Shown here: positions 1 to 8,678 of the stretch, in pieces | Numbering within the stretch: the stretch's first letter is position 1 | How the letters are laid out: every line of letters starts with the position of its first letter | IMG/VR virus record: IMGVR_UViG_3300046485_000010 | Coordinates: 1-29,544 of that record | Source of the DNA: a virus | Taxonomy: Duplodnaviria; Caudoviricetes | Strand: one strand, 5' to 3' | Length of the DNA stretch: 29,544 bases | Program-made: the position numbers and the translations under genes | The notes under the pieces: model-generated | Database searches by the model: none | Seen by the model: the letters and a program-made list of their open reading frames with translations, nothing else | What the model was told of the DNA's origin: nothing

Positions 1-1
1 G

Positions 2-2320
2 AGGAGGTAACGTAATCCAGATTTTCTTCGTGATTGGGTCATTGACCCCCTGAATATAACGATAGTCATTCTTAGATAGTCCAGCCCAAAAGTCCGCAAC
101 CTTCCAGCTTAGTTCGGGTCTTGCATAGACACCATTAAACATCATAATTCCGGAGTAGTCAATTACTAGCAGATAATCAATGTTAACCCCACCGGAATCA
201 AGAACTGTAATGACACCATGAATAGATGCACCAACACCCTGGTCAATTGTATTTAATGACCAGGAAGATGGAACATCTCCGTTATCCGAGGCTGCCATCG
301 TTCTATTACGTTTAAACAGATAGAGAATATCCCTATACTCTTGTGCGTTAGTCAAGGGATACCCATCTAATGGTGCAATTAGAAGTCCATCAACTTGACT
401 AATAGCTTCGGGTTCCCCCGGTGCGGAAATTCGCGCAACCGAAATGTTATTGTACTCACCATATCCTACAAGACGCCCATGATAGGAGGTTAACCCCGCA
501 AATGCCGGGATTTCACTAAAATTATCACTGAGATGTGAAGCATCGGATACTAAATCAGAATCAAAGAATGAACCTGTCCATTCTGTGGTAACATTATCAG
601 TTAGGGTTGCATAAGGAATAAAGAAGAACTGATATTCATTCTGATTTCCATTGTAACCAGCGATTGCAATAGTAGAAACTAGATGTCGTTTAGTTACAGC
701 AGGGTCCGTTGCTAAAGGGATATTCCATATCTTAACCTTTTTTGTTGGGTCAATAAAAGTTTGCGCGCCAAAAACTTCAGGACCAGGTGCAGTTAGGAAT
801 CCTGTGTCAGTTTCAAATACCACACCAATTAAATGTAAACCAATATCACAATGACCATCTTCGTCTACGTTCTGTACAAGTAATGCATTAGTCACTGGTG
901 CTGCTGGAGATGTAACATCAGGTGTATGAATAAGAATTAAGGAAGCGTCAGCAATATTAATCTTACAACTAGTCGTTACATTATCTGTAATCGTAAATAA
1001 ATCATAATAGTAGAATAATGACGAATCTCCATTATAGAGAGAAGTAATACGTTGTGTGTAGGTAATCGTAAGAACTATATTATCAAATCGCGCATCAACG
1101 GTCCCCGCAAGAGAAGGATTAGCATCAGCAGTTAAACTTAGTAAAAGTCGTACTATGTTACTCGAAGCACCATATGTTCCATCTACAGCAACTATAGGAC
1201 TTGCTGCTAATGGAGTATAAAAAGTATCTACAGATGCAGGCATTATTGCTTGAGCAAGATTATTACCATTACAAATATTATTACCAGATGAGTCAACCAT
1301 TGAAACATTTAATACTGCTGAAACAATATTAGTGCGGGTTATAAGTTTACGATTCCAACTTTTAATATTTACACCAACAACGGTAGCTCCAATTGGAACA
1401 CCAAAATCTTCCCACGTTAAAGAATCAGGGCTAACTCCCCCATTTGTAACACTATTATCCGGAGTTATACCGCCAACTGGGGTAGTAAATTTTACAGATT
1501 GGTCAGTACCATCATAACCAAATGTAGGAAGTCCTAATCCTAAACTAGTCCAACCCTCTATTGTGGGCCAAGCATAGGTCTTATCTATAGTGTCAGTTAC
1601 AGTTGCAATATCAATTGCCTTAGTCATTGCAATAATACGACCATTCGTACCTATAGGTCCAATAGGAATATTAGTAAGTTGAACTTGCTTATCTCCCGGT
1701 GCAAAAACTACTGCAAACACTTCCGGTCCAAGAATACCTACTGTATTAGTTATATAGGCAACAGCAATTACATGAGTTCCAGCAGTAACCACACCAGCAT
1801 CATCAGTATTATAAGCAATTAGAGGTTTAAGTGAACTGTTTGATGGAGGAAATCCCCCTGCTTTGCGCGCATGTTGGCCATCCCCCTTATAGACGTATAA
1901 GAACTGATTCTGTAAGCCAATTTCAACCTTAAATCCAAAAGAATTGGTATAAGAAGTGAAAGGAGTAATGTAAGCGCGCCCCGCAATAGCCTGAAATCCA
2001 AAATCTGTCATCGAAGGAATAGTAAGAATAGGTCCGTAGACTGTAGAGGGTCCAATTACATGGTAAATATTACCTCCGGTGGTTAGTACAAGGAGACTCT
2101 CACCAGATTGCATCATATAAGTATAGACACGTAGAATATTAGATAACTTAGTTGCTACAGTCTGGTAGATGTCAATGGGGTCGCGCGTTCTGAATCCGTT
2201 TTGGAGATACTGGATGTTATTTGCTTTGATAAAATGGTCTTTAGGGCAGGATTCTGTATCTCCCCTAGCCCAGAGGCCATTAAAACTATCAAGAGTTACA
2301 GGTGCGTGTCCACGAAGCAT
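2..2320 (-). CDS. Tail tubular protein B / P22 gp10-like stabilisation protein (partial, at least 773 aa, runs off the left edge)
   Basis: Not in the ORF track. Manual translation from ATG at 2320 (MLRGHAPVTLDSFNGLWARGD...) stays open to the window edge. It has an N-terminal 'F.G.....D' pattern and beta-propeller-like C-terminal segments (LTSYHGRLVGYG, RDILYLFKRNRT, ELSWKV), and follows an adaptor-like gene. Confidence 0.7.
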   Translation of the reverse strand, partial: MLRGHAPVTLDSFNGLWARGDTESCPKDHFIKANNIQYLQNGFRTRDPIDIYQTVATKLSNILRVYTYMMQSGESLLVLTTGGNIYHVIGPSTVYGPILTIPSMTDFGFQAIAGRAYITPFTSYTNSFGFKVEIGLQNQFLYVYKGDGQHARKAGGFPPSNSSLKPLIAYNTDDAGVVTAGTHVIAVAYITNTVGILGPEVFAVVFAPGDKQVQLTNIPIGPIGTNGRIIAMTKAIDIATVTDTIDKTYAWPTIEGWTSLGLGLPTFGYDGTDQSVKFTTPVGGITPDNSVTNGGVSPDSLTWEDFGVPIGATVVGVNIKSWNRKLITRTNIVSAVLNVSMVDSSGNNICNGNNLAQAIMPASVDTFYTPLAASPIVAVDGTYGASSNIVRLLLSLTADANPSLAGTVDARFDNIVLTITYTQRITSLYNGDSSLFYYYDLFTITDNVTTSCKINIADASLILIHTPDVTSPAAPVTNALLVQNVDEDGHCDIGLHLIGVVFETDTGFLTAPGPEVFGAQTFIDPTKKVKIWNIPLATDPAVTKRHLVSTIAIAGYNGNQNEYQFFFIPYATLTDNVTTEWTGSFFDSDLVSDASHLSDNFSEIPAFAGLTSYHGRLVGYGEYNNISVARISAPGEPEAISQVDGLLIAPLDGYPLTNAQEYRDILYLFKRNRTMAASDNGDVPSSWSLNTIDQGVGASIHGVITVLDSGGVNIDYLLVIDYSGIMMFNGVYARPELSWKVADFWAGLSKNDYRYIQGVNDPITKKIWITLPP

Positions 2321-3016
2321 TTAAATCCACCCCCTAGATTTCCATCCAGATCTAAAAGGCTTACGTCTAGTAACGATTCCCTGCTGACCCTTAGATGCAA
2401 TACCAAGAATATTTTCTAGACATCCCTCAGCATCCTGGTCTAATAAAGCTGCGCGTTCTGGATTCTCCGCAACATACTTCGCACAGAATGAACCAGCTTT
2501 ATAGGCGAGATAAGACCGCGCGCCAATGATTTTAATCTCATCATGCTCATTAGCTAGGTTATGGATCAGTTCTCGAATGTAATCTAACTTCAACTCACGG
2601 TCAGACACAGCCCCAACAAGCTTAATTTCCTGTCCAGACCATGCATAGTCAATTAATGACATTGATGGAGTACGTACGTTCAAAAAAGTCTGCTTATGCA
2701 TTGACACGAATGGGTCAGATGAACCTGCCATCCTTTCACTTAAATCCCTTACTTCCCTTAAATCAAGGGGATAATGGGGAAGGGTTGGAGATTCTACTGG
2801 TGTAATTACTGTCTGCCCCGCAGTTACAGTAATATACGCCGCAGTCTCATCAGTTACAGGAACATTGTATCGAGTTAATTCTTCCTGTAACTCGTCAACT
2901 GCCATGTTTAGATAAGGTAGCACCTTTGAGTAACTGTATACTGCTCTATCAGTATCATTCATCAAAGATGCTACCAAATCCAATACTTCGCTTGCCTTAG
3001 TCGAAGTGGTACTCAT
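2321..3016 (-). CDS. Head-tail adaptor / tail tubular protein A-like
   Basis: 231 aa. The N-terminal 'ASEVLDLVASLMND...YLNMAVDEL' and 'PLDL' patterns are typical of podovirus adaptors. It lies just upstream of the gp10-like gene. Confidence 0.6.
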   Translation of the reverse strand: MSTTSTKASEVLDLVASLMNDTDRAVYSYSKVLPYLNMAVDELQEELTRYNVPVTDETAAYITVTAGQTVITPVESPTLPHYPLDLREVRDLSERMAGSSDPFVSMHKQTFLNVRTPSMSLIDYAWSGQEIKLVGAVSDRELKLDYIRELIHNLANEHDEIKIIGARSYLAYKAGSFCAKYVAENPERAALLDQDAEGCLENILGIASKGQQGIVTRRKPFRSGWKSRGWI

Positions 3017-3696
3017 TGGCTTGCAAACTGAATATTGAGTTTCTTTGCCAGCTCGGGATTCAAAATTGCCTTACAAGTCGGACAGACAGGGAACTGTGGA
3101 TTAACCAGATTCCCGCAAGCTGCGCACCTAACAAGTTCTGCTGTCTGGAAGTCCTGTAGCCAAGGCTTATCTCGAATATTCAACTCAGCACACGCGAGTC
3201 TAGCATCATCTGAGATAGATAATGGATTACCGTTAGACCTAGCCCACAGAATGTCTGCAATCCTGATAAGTTCCATGAACCAGTTCTTCTGCTTTTCCCT
3301 ATACTGGTTCAATAGAGCAGTATGTTCTTTCTTAACCTTTTCAGCAGTCCAATCCTGCGGGAGATAAAATAATCCTGGCATCTTACCCGACATATCGCAA
3401 CCAAGAAGTCCGTTGCAATAATCCTTAATTACGGAGTCCGCAACCACAACGCTAGAAATCGGAATTTCTAGTAATGGCTGATTTTCGTCAAACTCGCGCC
3501 ACCATGAGGATGAACCTACAATAAGTGTCGCAGGTTTATCAAACGTACCGGCTGGAATGGTAAATACCCCCGGCTGAATTGTGGGTTTCTTCTCAGTAAT
3601 TTCCTTAGGATAGATAGAGATAATTGTAGACTTATCAAACTCATTGATAGGTCCACGAACAGTTCTACGATTACGCTGCAATTCTAAGATACCCAT
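3013..3696 (-). CDS. Hypothetical protein with C-terminal zinc ribbon
   Basis: 227 aa with CAAC...CPTC near the C-terminus; ATGA overlap with the next gene. Confidence 0.75.
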   Translation of the reverse strand: MGILELQRNRRTVRGPINEFDKSTIISIYPKEITEKKPTIQPGVFTIPAGTFDKPATLIVGSSSWWREFDENQPLLEIPISSVVVADSVIKDYCNGLLGCDMSGKMPGLFYLPQDWTAEKVKKEHTALLNQYREKQKNWFMELIRIADILWARSNGNPLSISDDARLACAELNIRDKPWLQDFQTAELVRCAACGNLVNPQFPVCPTCKAILNPELAKKLNIQFASQ

Positions 3697-3698
3697 GA

Positions 3699-4253
3699 CT
3701 AACTCTCCTTTGTGTCGTAACTATGGGGTACGACAATACCCGTTTTGTGGGCGAGTGCATCCCCTACGGGGGTTTCATTTCCGAAAAGTTCTTCCTGTAG
3801 TTTATCTACTCTTTCCTGTCTTCGTTCAATAGGATTCTCCTTATCAGGGTCTACGTATTTATGCATACTCTGCTTACCCTGAACCGAATTGATGATGTCG
3901 ATGACAAAGCGCGCAGCTTCTAACTTAGGAGGTAAATAGTTACCATCCTTATCAGCAAACGTCCATAGGGGTTCGTAACTAAGTTTTTGGGTTGGAAGTT
4001 CATTCTGCGACACTTCTGGAACAAGGACTAAATGCTCAAGAATATACCGTTCTCGAATATAACCGTACTTTGGAACTTCTCTAACAATCGGAGTAAGTAG
4101 AATAAGACCTTCTGATGTGGTATTAACTAATCGCTTTTCAAACTCGTCTCCACTCCACACAATTCTCCACATAGCACGACTCGTAATAGTGTCGATACCA
4201 TACAGGTTAAATAATTGTCTATTGATACTAACGACGGACTCTGTTAATTCCAT
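3699..4253 (-). CDS. Hypothetical phage protein (start probably ATG 4253, MELTES...)
   Basis: The track ORF starts at 4328, but the first 75 nt form an RNA hairpin; ATG 4253 gives 184 aa. Confidence 0.65.
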   Translation of the reverse strand: MELTESVVSINRQLFNLYGIDTITSRAMWRIVWSGDEFEKRLVNTTSEGLILLTPIVREVPKYGYIRERYILEHLVLVPEVSQNELPTQKLSYEPLWTFADKDGNYLPPKLEAARFVIDIINSVQGKQSMHKYVDPDKENPIERRQERVDKLQEELFGNETPVGDALAHKTGIVVPHSYDTKES

Positions 4254-4256
4254 AGT

Positions 4257-4326
4257 AAAAAAGGGGGAGAAGGAAAACGCACTAATTGGAGAATACCAAC
4301 TTTCTGTGCAGGGCATTCCTTCTCCC
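4257..4326 (-). terminator. Long hairpin plus U6 tract (terminator/attenuator-like)
   Basis: Perfect 11-bp inverted repeat GGGAGAAGGAA (4265-4275) / TTCCTTCTCCC (4316-4326), inner GCAC/GTGC and TTGG/CCAA stems, followed on the minus strand by CC-TTTTTT. Confidence 0.6.
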
Positions 4327-4333
4327 AACTCCT

Positions 4334-4813
4334 TTAGACAAGAGACACACCGTCAATATCGCAATCCAGCAAGAGAAGTTCAACAGCCGCGAAGTGGAGA
4401 GCAGAAGAACCAGTAGACTTCGTAACCTTCACTGAAATGGTAAAGGTATTGGGCAACGTAACTGTAGTCACACCAGTAGCTACAGCAACTACCGTAGTAG
4501 CATTTGCCGATGCACCAGTAATAACTGCGGTTCCTTGCGTAACAGCAGCAGCAATAGCTTTTGCAGCAGCTCCAGCAATACGGGAAAATGCAATATTGTA
4601 AACTACGGCATGAGATGAATCACCATCTCCTAGAGTTCCAACTGCGGTAACGCGAATCATACCACCACAGATTGCATTCGGAATAGTAAGCGTTGCAACC
4701 GTAGTAGCAGTATCATCGGTCATTCCCGTTAGAAATCTATAGATTCTATGAGTAAAGAAATGCTTAAGAAACGCCTGAAAGTTCTGAGTGCCTACGGTGA
4801 GGATTGCTGCCAT
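4334..4813 (-). CDS. Putative virion structural protein (Thr/Ala/Val-rich, beta-rich)
   Basis: 159 aa, GGAG RBS upstream, located in the head module; call rests on composition and synteny only. Confidence 0.55.
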   Translation of the reverse strand: MAAILTVGTQNFQAFLKHFFTHRIYRFLTGMTDDTATTVATLTIPNAICGGMIRVTAVGTLGDGDSSHAVVYNIAFSRIAGAAAKAIAAAVTQGTAVITGASANATTVVAVATGVTTVTLPNTFTISVKVTKSTGSSALHFAAVELLLLDCDIDGVSLV

Positions 4814-4815
4814 AA

Positions 4816-5508
4816 CTACTCTCCAGTCTTTTCGACCAGCCCATTAGGGGCCAGAGATTGGGGAAATTGAAATTGCTGTCCAGTCTGAGTAACATAGACA
4901 GTTTGCCAAGAACCCCCAATAAATCTTGGCCACATAACTAGATTAATGGTATGACCAATACAAATACTTAGGTCGCAATAGATTTTGAATCCAGCCTCCT
5001 GGACTCGATTAAAGAACCCAATATCATCACACCAGCCATCTTTATCAAGTTCACCTAATCTAACCCACGGCTGTTCGAGCGCGCGAAACACGTCGGTTTT
5101 AATTAGAACAAAACCAAATCCACAATTCACCACTTCTACTAATCCCTGCTTATCAGGAGTCAAGAACATGTGCTTGCAATAACCATTAGGTCTTAGTTCG
5201 TCAAAAGCCAACGCATAATGCGGGAAGTTTCTCATCAAATACAAAGCAGAAACTACATCCTTATCGGAATGGACTAGAAGTTTTGTTAAAGCATCCTTCT
5301 CAAACGCCTGGTCATCGTCAATGAATAGAATATGAGTGCAATCGTGTTCTAAAGCTGCCTTCGCAATAGCATTTCTATTCTGGGCAGGTGACTGTCCATG
5401 ACTAGACATTATTACAGTCCCCTCGGGTTTTTCTAGCGCATTAAAGTAATCATAGAAGTCTGCCTTCCTAGCATACTCACCTGTCGGAATACCAATCATG
5501 AGTTTCAT
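4816..5508 (-). CDS. GT-A fold glycosyltransferase (GT2-like)
   Basis: N-terminal KLMIGIP, 'NRNAIAKAAL...THILFIDDD' (DxD), 'CGFGFVLIKTDVF', 'DDIGFFNRV...G.KIYCD...IGH'. Confidence 0.88.
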   Translation of the reverse strand: MKLMIGIPTGEYARKADFYDYFNALEKPEGTVIMSSHGQSPAQNRNAIAKAALEHDCTHILFIDDDQAFEKDALTKLLVHSDKDVVSALYLMRNFPHYALAFDELRPNGYCKHMFLTPDKQGLVEVVNCGFGFVLIKTDVFRALEQPWVRLGELDKDGWCDDIGFFNRVQEAGFKIYCDLSICIGHTINLVMWPRFIGGSWQTVYVTQTGQQFQFPQSLAPNGLVEKTGE

Positions 5509-5514
5509 AATTTA

Positions 5515-5540
5515 GGCGCGTGTATTAAGGTATGCGCGCC
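5515..5540. other. GC-rich intergenic hairpin
   Basis: GGCGCGTGTA-ttaagg-TATGCGCGCC pairs over 10 bp (with G-U) as plus-strand RNA but only partly as minus-strand RNA. Confidence 0.45.
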
Positions 5541-5586
5541 CCACCTTTTCTGAGTTAAAGTGTTAACCTTTTTGTGAAGTTATACC

Positions 5587-5901
5587 CTAACTCGTGGTCG
5601 AACGAACCAGAAAGTAAGTAGCAGAGATAGGATCATAGATAAACAGATATGCCTTACTAGCAACTGTAATAGTACCACCGGAGACGTTACCACCAGTGGT
5701 AAAACCAGTGGTAGTGCCAGGGATAATACACAGCATGTGAACGCCAGCAATAGGCGGAGTAATCGTAGCAATAGGAGTGTTACCAGTAACAAAGGTAACA
5801 AATCCCGTTGGTGCAATCGTAGCAGCCGCCGTAACCGTTACAGGTGTAGGCTGATTTGCACCCTGAACAGTGCTAAGGTTCTGGAAGTCGCTCGGTAACA
5901 T
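5587..5901 (-). CDS. Putative capsid decoration/cement protein
   Basis: 104 aa, Thr/Gly/Pro-rich, immediately downstream of the major capsid gene. Confidence 0.55.
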   Translation of the reverse strand: MLPSDFQNLSTVQGANQPTPVTVTAAATIAPTGFVTFVTGNTPIATITPPIAGVHMLCIIPGTTTGFTTGGNVSGGTITVASKAYLFIYDPISATYFLVRSTTS

Positions 5902-5902
5902 T

Positions 5903-7156
5903 TTAGTACCCCGTGGGAACTGCTAAGTTGTCAATGTAGGTGCAGCCTGCCGGGTTGTTGACAAAAGTCTGCATTCCTACAACCATGTAGAAGATTTCAG
6001 CCGCAGCAACACCACCGGATGCGCCACGAATCTCGAAAATGTTTCTACCGTCGGTAGTATAGAAACCAATCGGCAGAATTTCACCGCGGCCCCACACCTC
6101 ATCGACGATAAAATCAATTCGAGTCTTATCCCAGTTATAGGACGCCTTCGTAGGCGCACCTGCTAACTGCATGTTGTTTCCGCTGAAATACATATTCAGC
6201 CCTTCTTCCTTGGCTGCCTTATGAATCACGGAAACAAGCTGACCAATTTCCTCGTAAGCCTGCTGCTGACAAGGATGTAACCATGCGACAAGCGACATAT
6301 TCTCGTCGATGCCGATACGGTTTCCAATCTTGTTAATAGCAAGTCGAGGTAACGGAAGAGTCAAACCATTACCACCAGCATTAACGCGATTCGCGCGAAT
6401 CTCGGGAGTAGATGCACGGGAAAATCCTAACCAAGTTCCCGTAGAAGCATTGGAATGATGATACGGAACACCATACAATGCAGGAAGGGAAGTAGGCGAG
6501 GAAATACCCGCAACAACTAACTTATCCGTAGCAGCAGAGGATGCGATAGAAGGAGTAACGTCAATAACCTTGTTCTCAACATCCCACTTCGTAATAGTTC
6601 CACTACCACGTAATGTAGCTAAGGTGGTGTCATAAACCTGAATAGTCTGGCCATAGCGAACTAACCTAGCGCCAAAACCATCAGTTCCGAGTGTGTAAGT
6701 ATCAACTCCACCCGCGGTAGTAACGGCAGAGATAACACCAACGACACCATCACCAACCTGCATTAACTGAGAATCGAGCTGTCTGCGTAACTCGTCAAGA
6801 GCCGATGCAGTAAGCTTACGCACAGAGTTGATGACAGCCTTCCGCTCATCATCAGTAGCCCACTGAGTTAACTTTGTGTATTCGATAGCTTCCGAAATGA
6901 ACACGCAGTTAAGAACCGCCTTATCGTAAGTCGGTCCACCACCACGTCCCATATCTCCACCATCAGGATCAAAATACTGGAAAGAGCCACCAGGACGTAA
7001 TTCCAGTGGAACGCGCATCTGTCTATGCGAAATCTTTTCGACGTTACGCTTCTTGATATTCGCGTAGAACTTGTCATCGCGTTCAAAAACAGTCTGCACC
7101 TTCTTAGTAACGTTTTCTAATTCAAGTGCAGCTACCTGAGCCTCAGCCTGTGCCAT
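5903..7156 (-). CDS. Major capsid protein (HK97 fold inferred)
   Basis: 417 aa downstream of portal and scaffold. Features 'L..QLMQVGDG' and C-terminal 'NNPAGCTYIDNL' resemble phage coat proteins; GGAG RBS. Confidence 0.85.
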   Translation of the reverse strand: MAQAEAQVAALELENVTKKVQTVFERDDKFYANIKKRNVEKISHRQMRVPLELRPGGSFQYFDPDGGDMGRGGGPTYDKAVLNCVFISEAIEYTKLTQWATDDERKAVINSVRKLTASALDELRRQLDSQLMQVGDGVVGVISAVTTAGGVDTYTLGTDGFGARLVRYGQTIQVYDTTLATLRGSGTITKWDVENKVIDVTPSIASSAATDKLVVAGISSPTSLPALYGVPYHHSNASTGTWLGFSRASTPEIRANRVNAGGNGLTLPLPRLAINKIGNRIGIDENMSLVAWLHPCQQQAYEEIGQLVSVIHKAAKEEGLNMYFSGNNMQLAGAPTKASYNWDKTRIDFIVDEVWGRGEILPIGFYTTDGRNIFEIRGASGGVAAAEIFYMVVGMQTFVNNPAGCTYIDNLAVPTGY

Positions 7157-7159
7157 GAT

Positions 7160-7498
7160 TTAACTCCAAATCAGTCTAACAGTGACGCCGGAAACAGCAG
7201 TTAAACAAAATGCTGTAACACCGGCTAATCCGATTGATGTAGGGTCCGTCAAATGTAATGCAACTCCTGTATCACCTGTGACACCTTTCAGTGTCAAACC
7301 AACAGTGTTTGCTGCTGGTGGAATGATGGTAACAGCAGTTGTACCAGTTGGCGGAGTAATTGTGTTTGCTCCGGAGGCTAATGTTTTCGATTCGATTCCT
7401 GCTGGACTACTAACATTATTGGCAGCAGCCAGGGTATTCGCAGCGGAAACATCCCCCGTGAAATTAATACTAATACTACGTTGGGAGGTAACTGCCAT
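7160..7498 (-). CDS. Small Thr/Ala-rich putative virion protein
   Basis: 112 aa between scaffold and capsid genes; beta-strand-rich composition. Confidence 0.6.
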   Translation of the reverse strand: MAVTSQRSISINFTGDVSAANTLAAANNVSSPAGIESKTLASGANTITPPTGTTAVTIIPPAANTVGLTLKGVTGDTGVALHLTDPTSIGLAGVTAFCLTAVSGVTVRLIWS

Positions 7499-7501
7499 AA
7501 G

Positions 7502-8677
7502 TTAGTCCTGCATTAAGAAATCGAGCGTTTTCATACCCTTCGGAACTTCCTTAGTCTCAGATTTTCCGCTAGACGAGGATGCGGATCTTCCTGGTGTAAT
7601 TGGTCCCTTCCTAGGACTTGATTCTTCTTTCCTATTCGATGAATCTTTCAAAGCCTCGTTTCGAGCCTTCTTAATGACTGTAGGCAACAGTGTCTTGGCT
7701 TTTGAAAGATATGCTGAGCGAATTCTTTGCTTGGATTCCTCATTGAATCCATCGTGCATCGCGCGTTCCCAGAGTTTATCCAGAAGAGATTTAAACCTAG
7801 AGTCCTGTCCAATGAGTTCTTCTAATGAATCAAATGCATCCCGAACTGCATTCTTTCGAACGTAACCACTCATTGTATTCTTAGGGTCAATATTACCATC
7901 AATAGTGGCCTTAAGAGTATTATCAACCTTGGTCTGTAACTCACCTACTGTAGACTCATATTGTTTAGTTAACAATGCCTGTTCGCGCGTTTTAATCTCG
8001 TTGTCCTTCTCCTCACCCTCCCTATTCTTGGGTTTAGCAAGAGATTCGGGTCGCGCAAACTGTTGTGTCCCAAACACGAACTGATTTAAAATAGCCGCGG
8101 CAGCCTTTAGAGGCTCACCATTCTCACCAAGATTCTGGGATTCCTGAACCATATGCATGATAGTAGATTTAATTACATTACCAAGAACATGATAGTAAGC
8201 AGGTTCATCTGCCTTCTGCAATGCAGGAAGAAGATTGTCAACTATTCGATGGAAAGTTTCGGGGTTATCCTGTCGAATAGCAGAAAGAACCATGCCAATG
8301 TCGCCACTCTCCATAACCTTAGATTCAAAGTTATCGAGAGTCTCTGCCTTATCTCGCGCACTCTCAGCATCGGGGATAGTAGGAAAGATTTCAGTAAACT
8401 TCTGTTCTCTGTAGTAAGCCTTTTCTAAGTAAGGATACTTCTTAAAGAGGTCTGGAAAATCCTTAAGAATATCTCTACGACGCGCAGGGGTCATTAACTC
8501 AAGGTCTTCCTCTGCGGGTTCCTCTAATTCTTCTTCAATTTCCTTAAGTTCATCTTCTTCCTTGGGTTCTTCGCCTTCCTTGACTTCCTTACTTAAGTCA
8601 AGAGTCTCCTCTGCATCAGGAGCCTCAATAATATCAAGAATGTCATCCTTGCTAAGCGCACCATTTTCTTCAGTCAT
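7502..8677 (-). CDS. Capsid scaffolding protein (start probably ATG 8677, MTEENG...)
   Basis: 391 aa, very acidic N-terminus, helical/coiled-coil core and Ser/Lys-rich tail; lies between portal and capsid; AAGGTG RBS before 8677. Confidence 0.7.
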   Translation of the reverse strand: MTEENGALSKDDILDIIEAPDAEETLDLSKEVKEGEEPKEEDELKEIEEELEEPAEEDLELMTPARRRDILKDFPDLFKKYPYLEKAYYREQKFTEIFPTIPDAESARDKAETLDNFESKVMESGDIGMVLSAIRQDNPETFHRIVDNLLPALQKADEPAYYHVLGNVIKSTIMHMVQESQNLGENGEPLKAAAAILNQFVFGTQQFARPESLAKPKNREGEEKDNEIKTREQALLTKQYESTVGELQTKVDNTLKATIDGNIDPKNTMSGYVRKNAVRDAFDSLEELIGQDSRFKSLLDKLWERAMHDGFNEESKQRIRSAYLSKAKTLLPTVIKKARNEALKDSSNRKEESSPRKGPITPGRSASSSSGKSETKEVPKGMKTLDFLMQD

Positions 8678-8678
8678 A

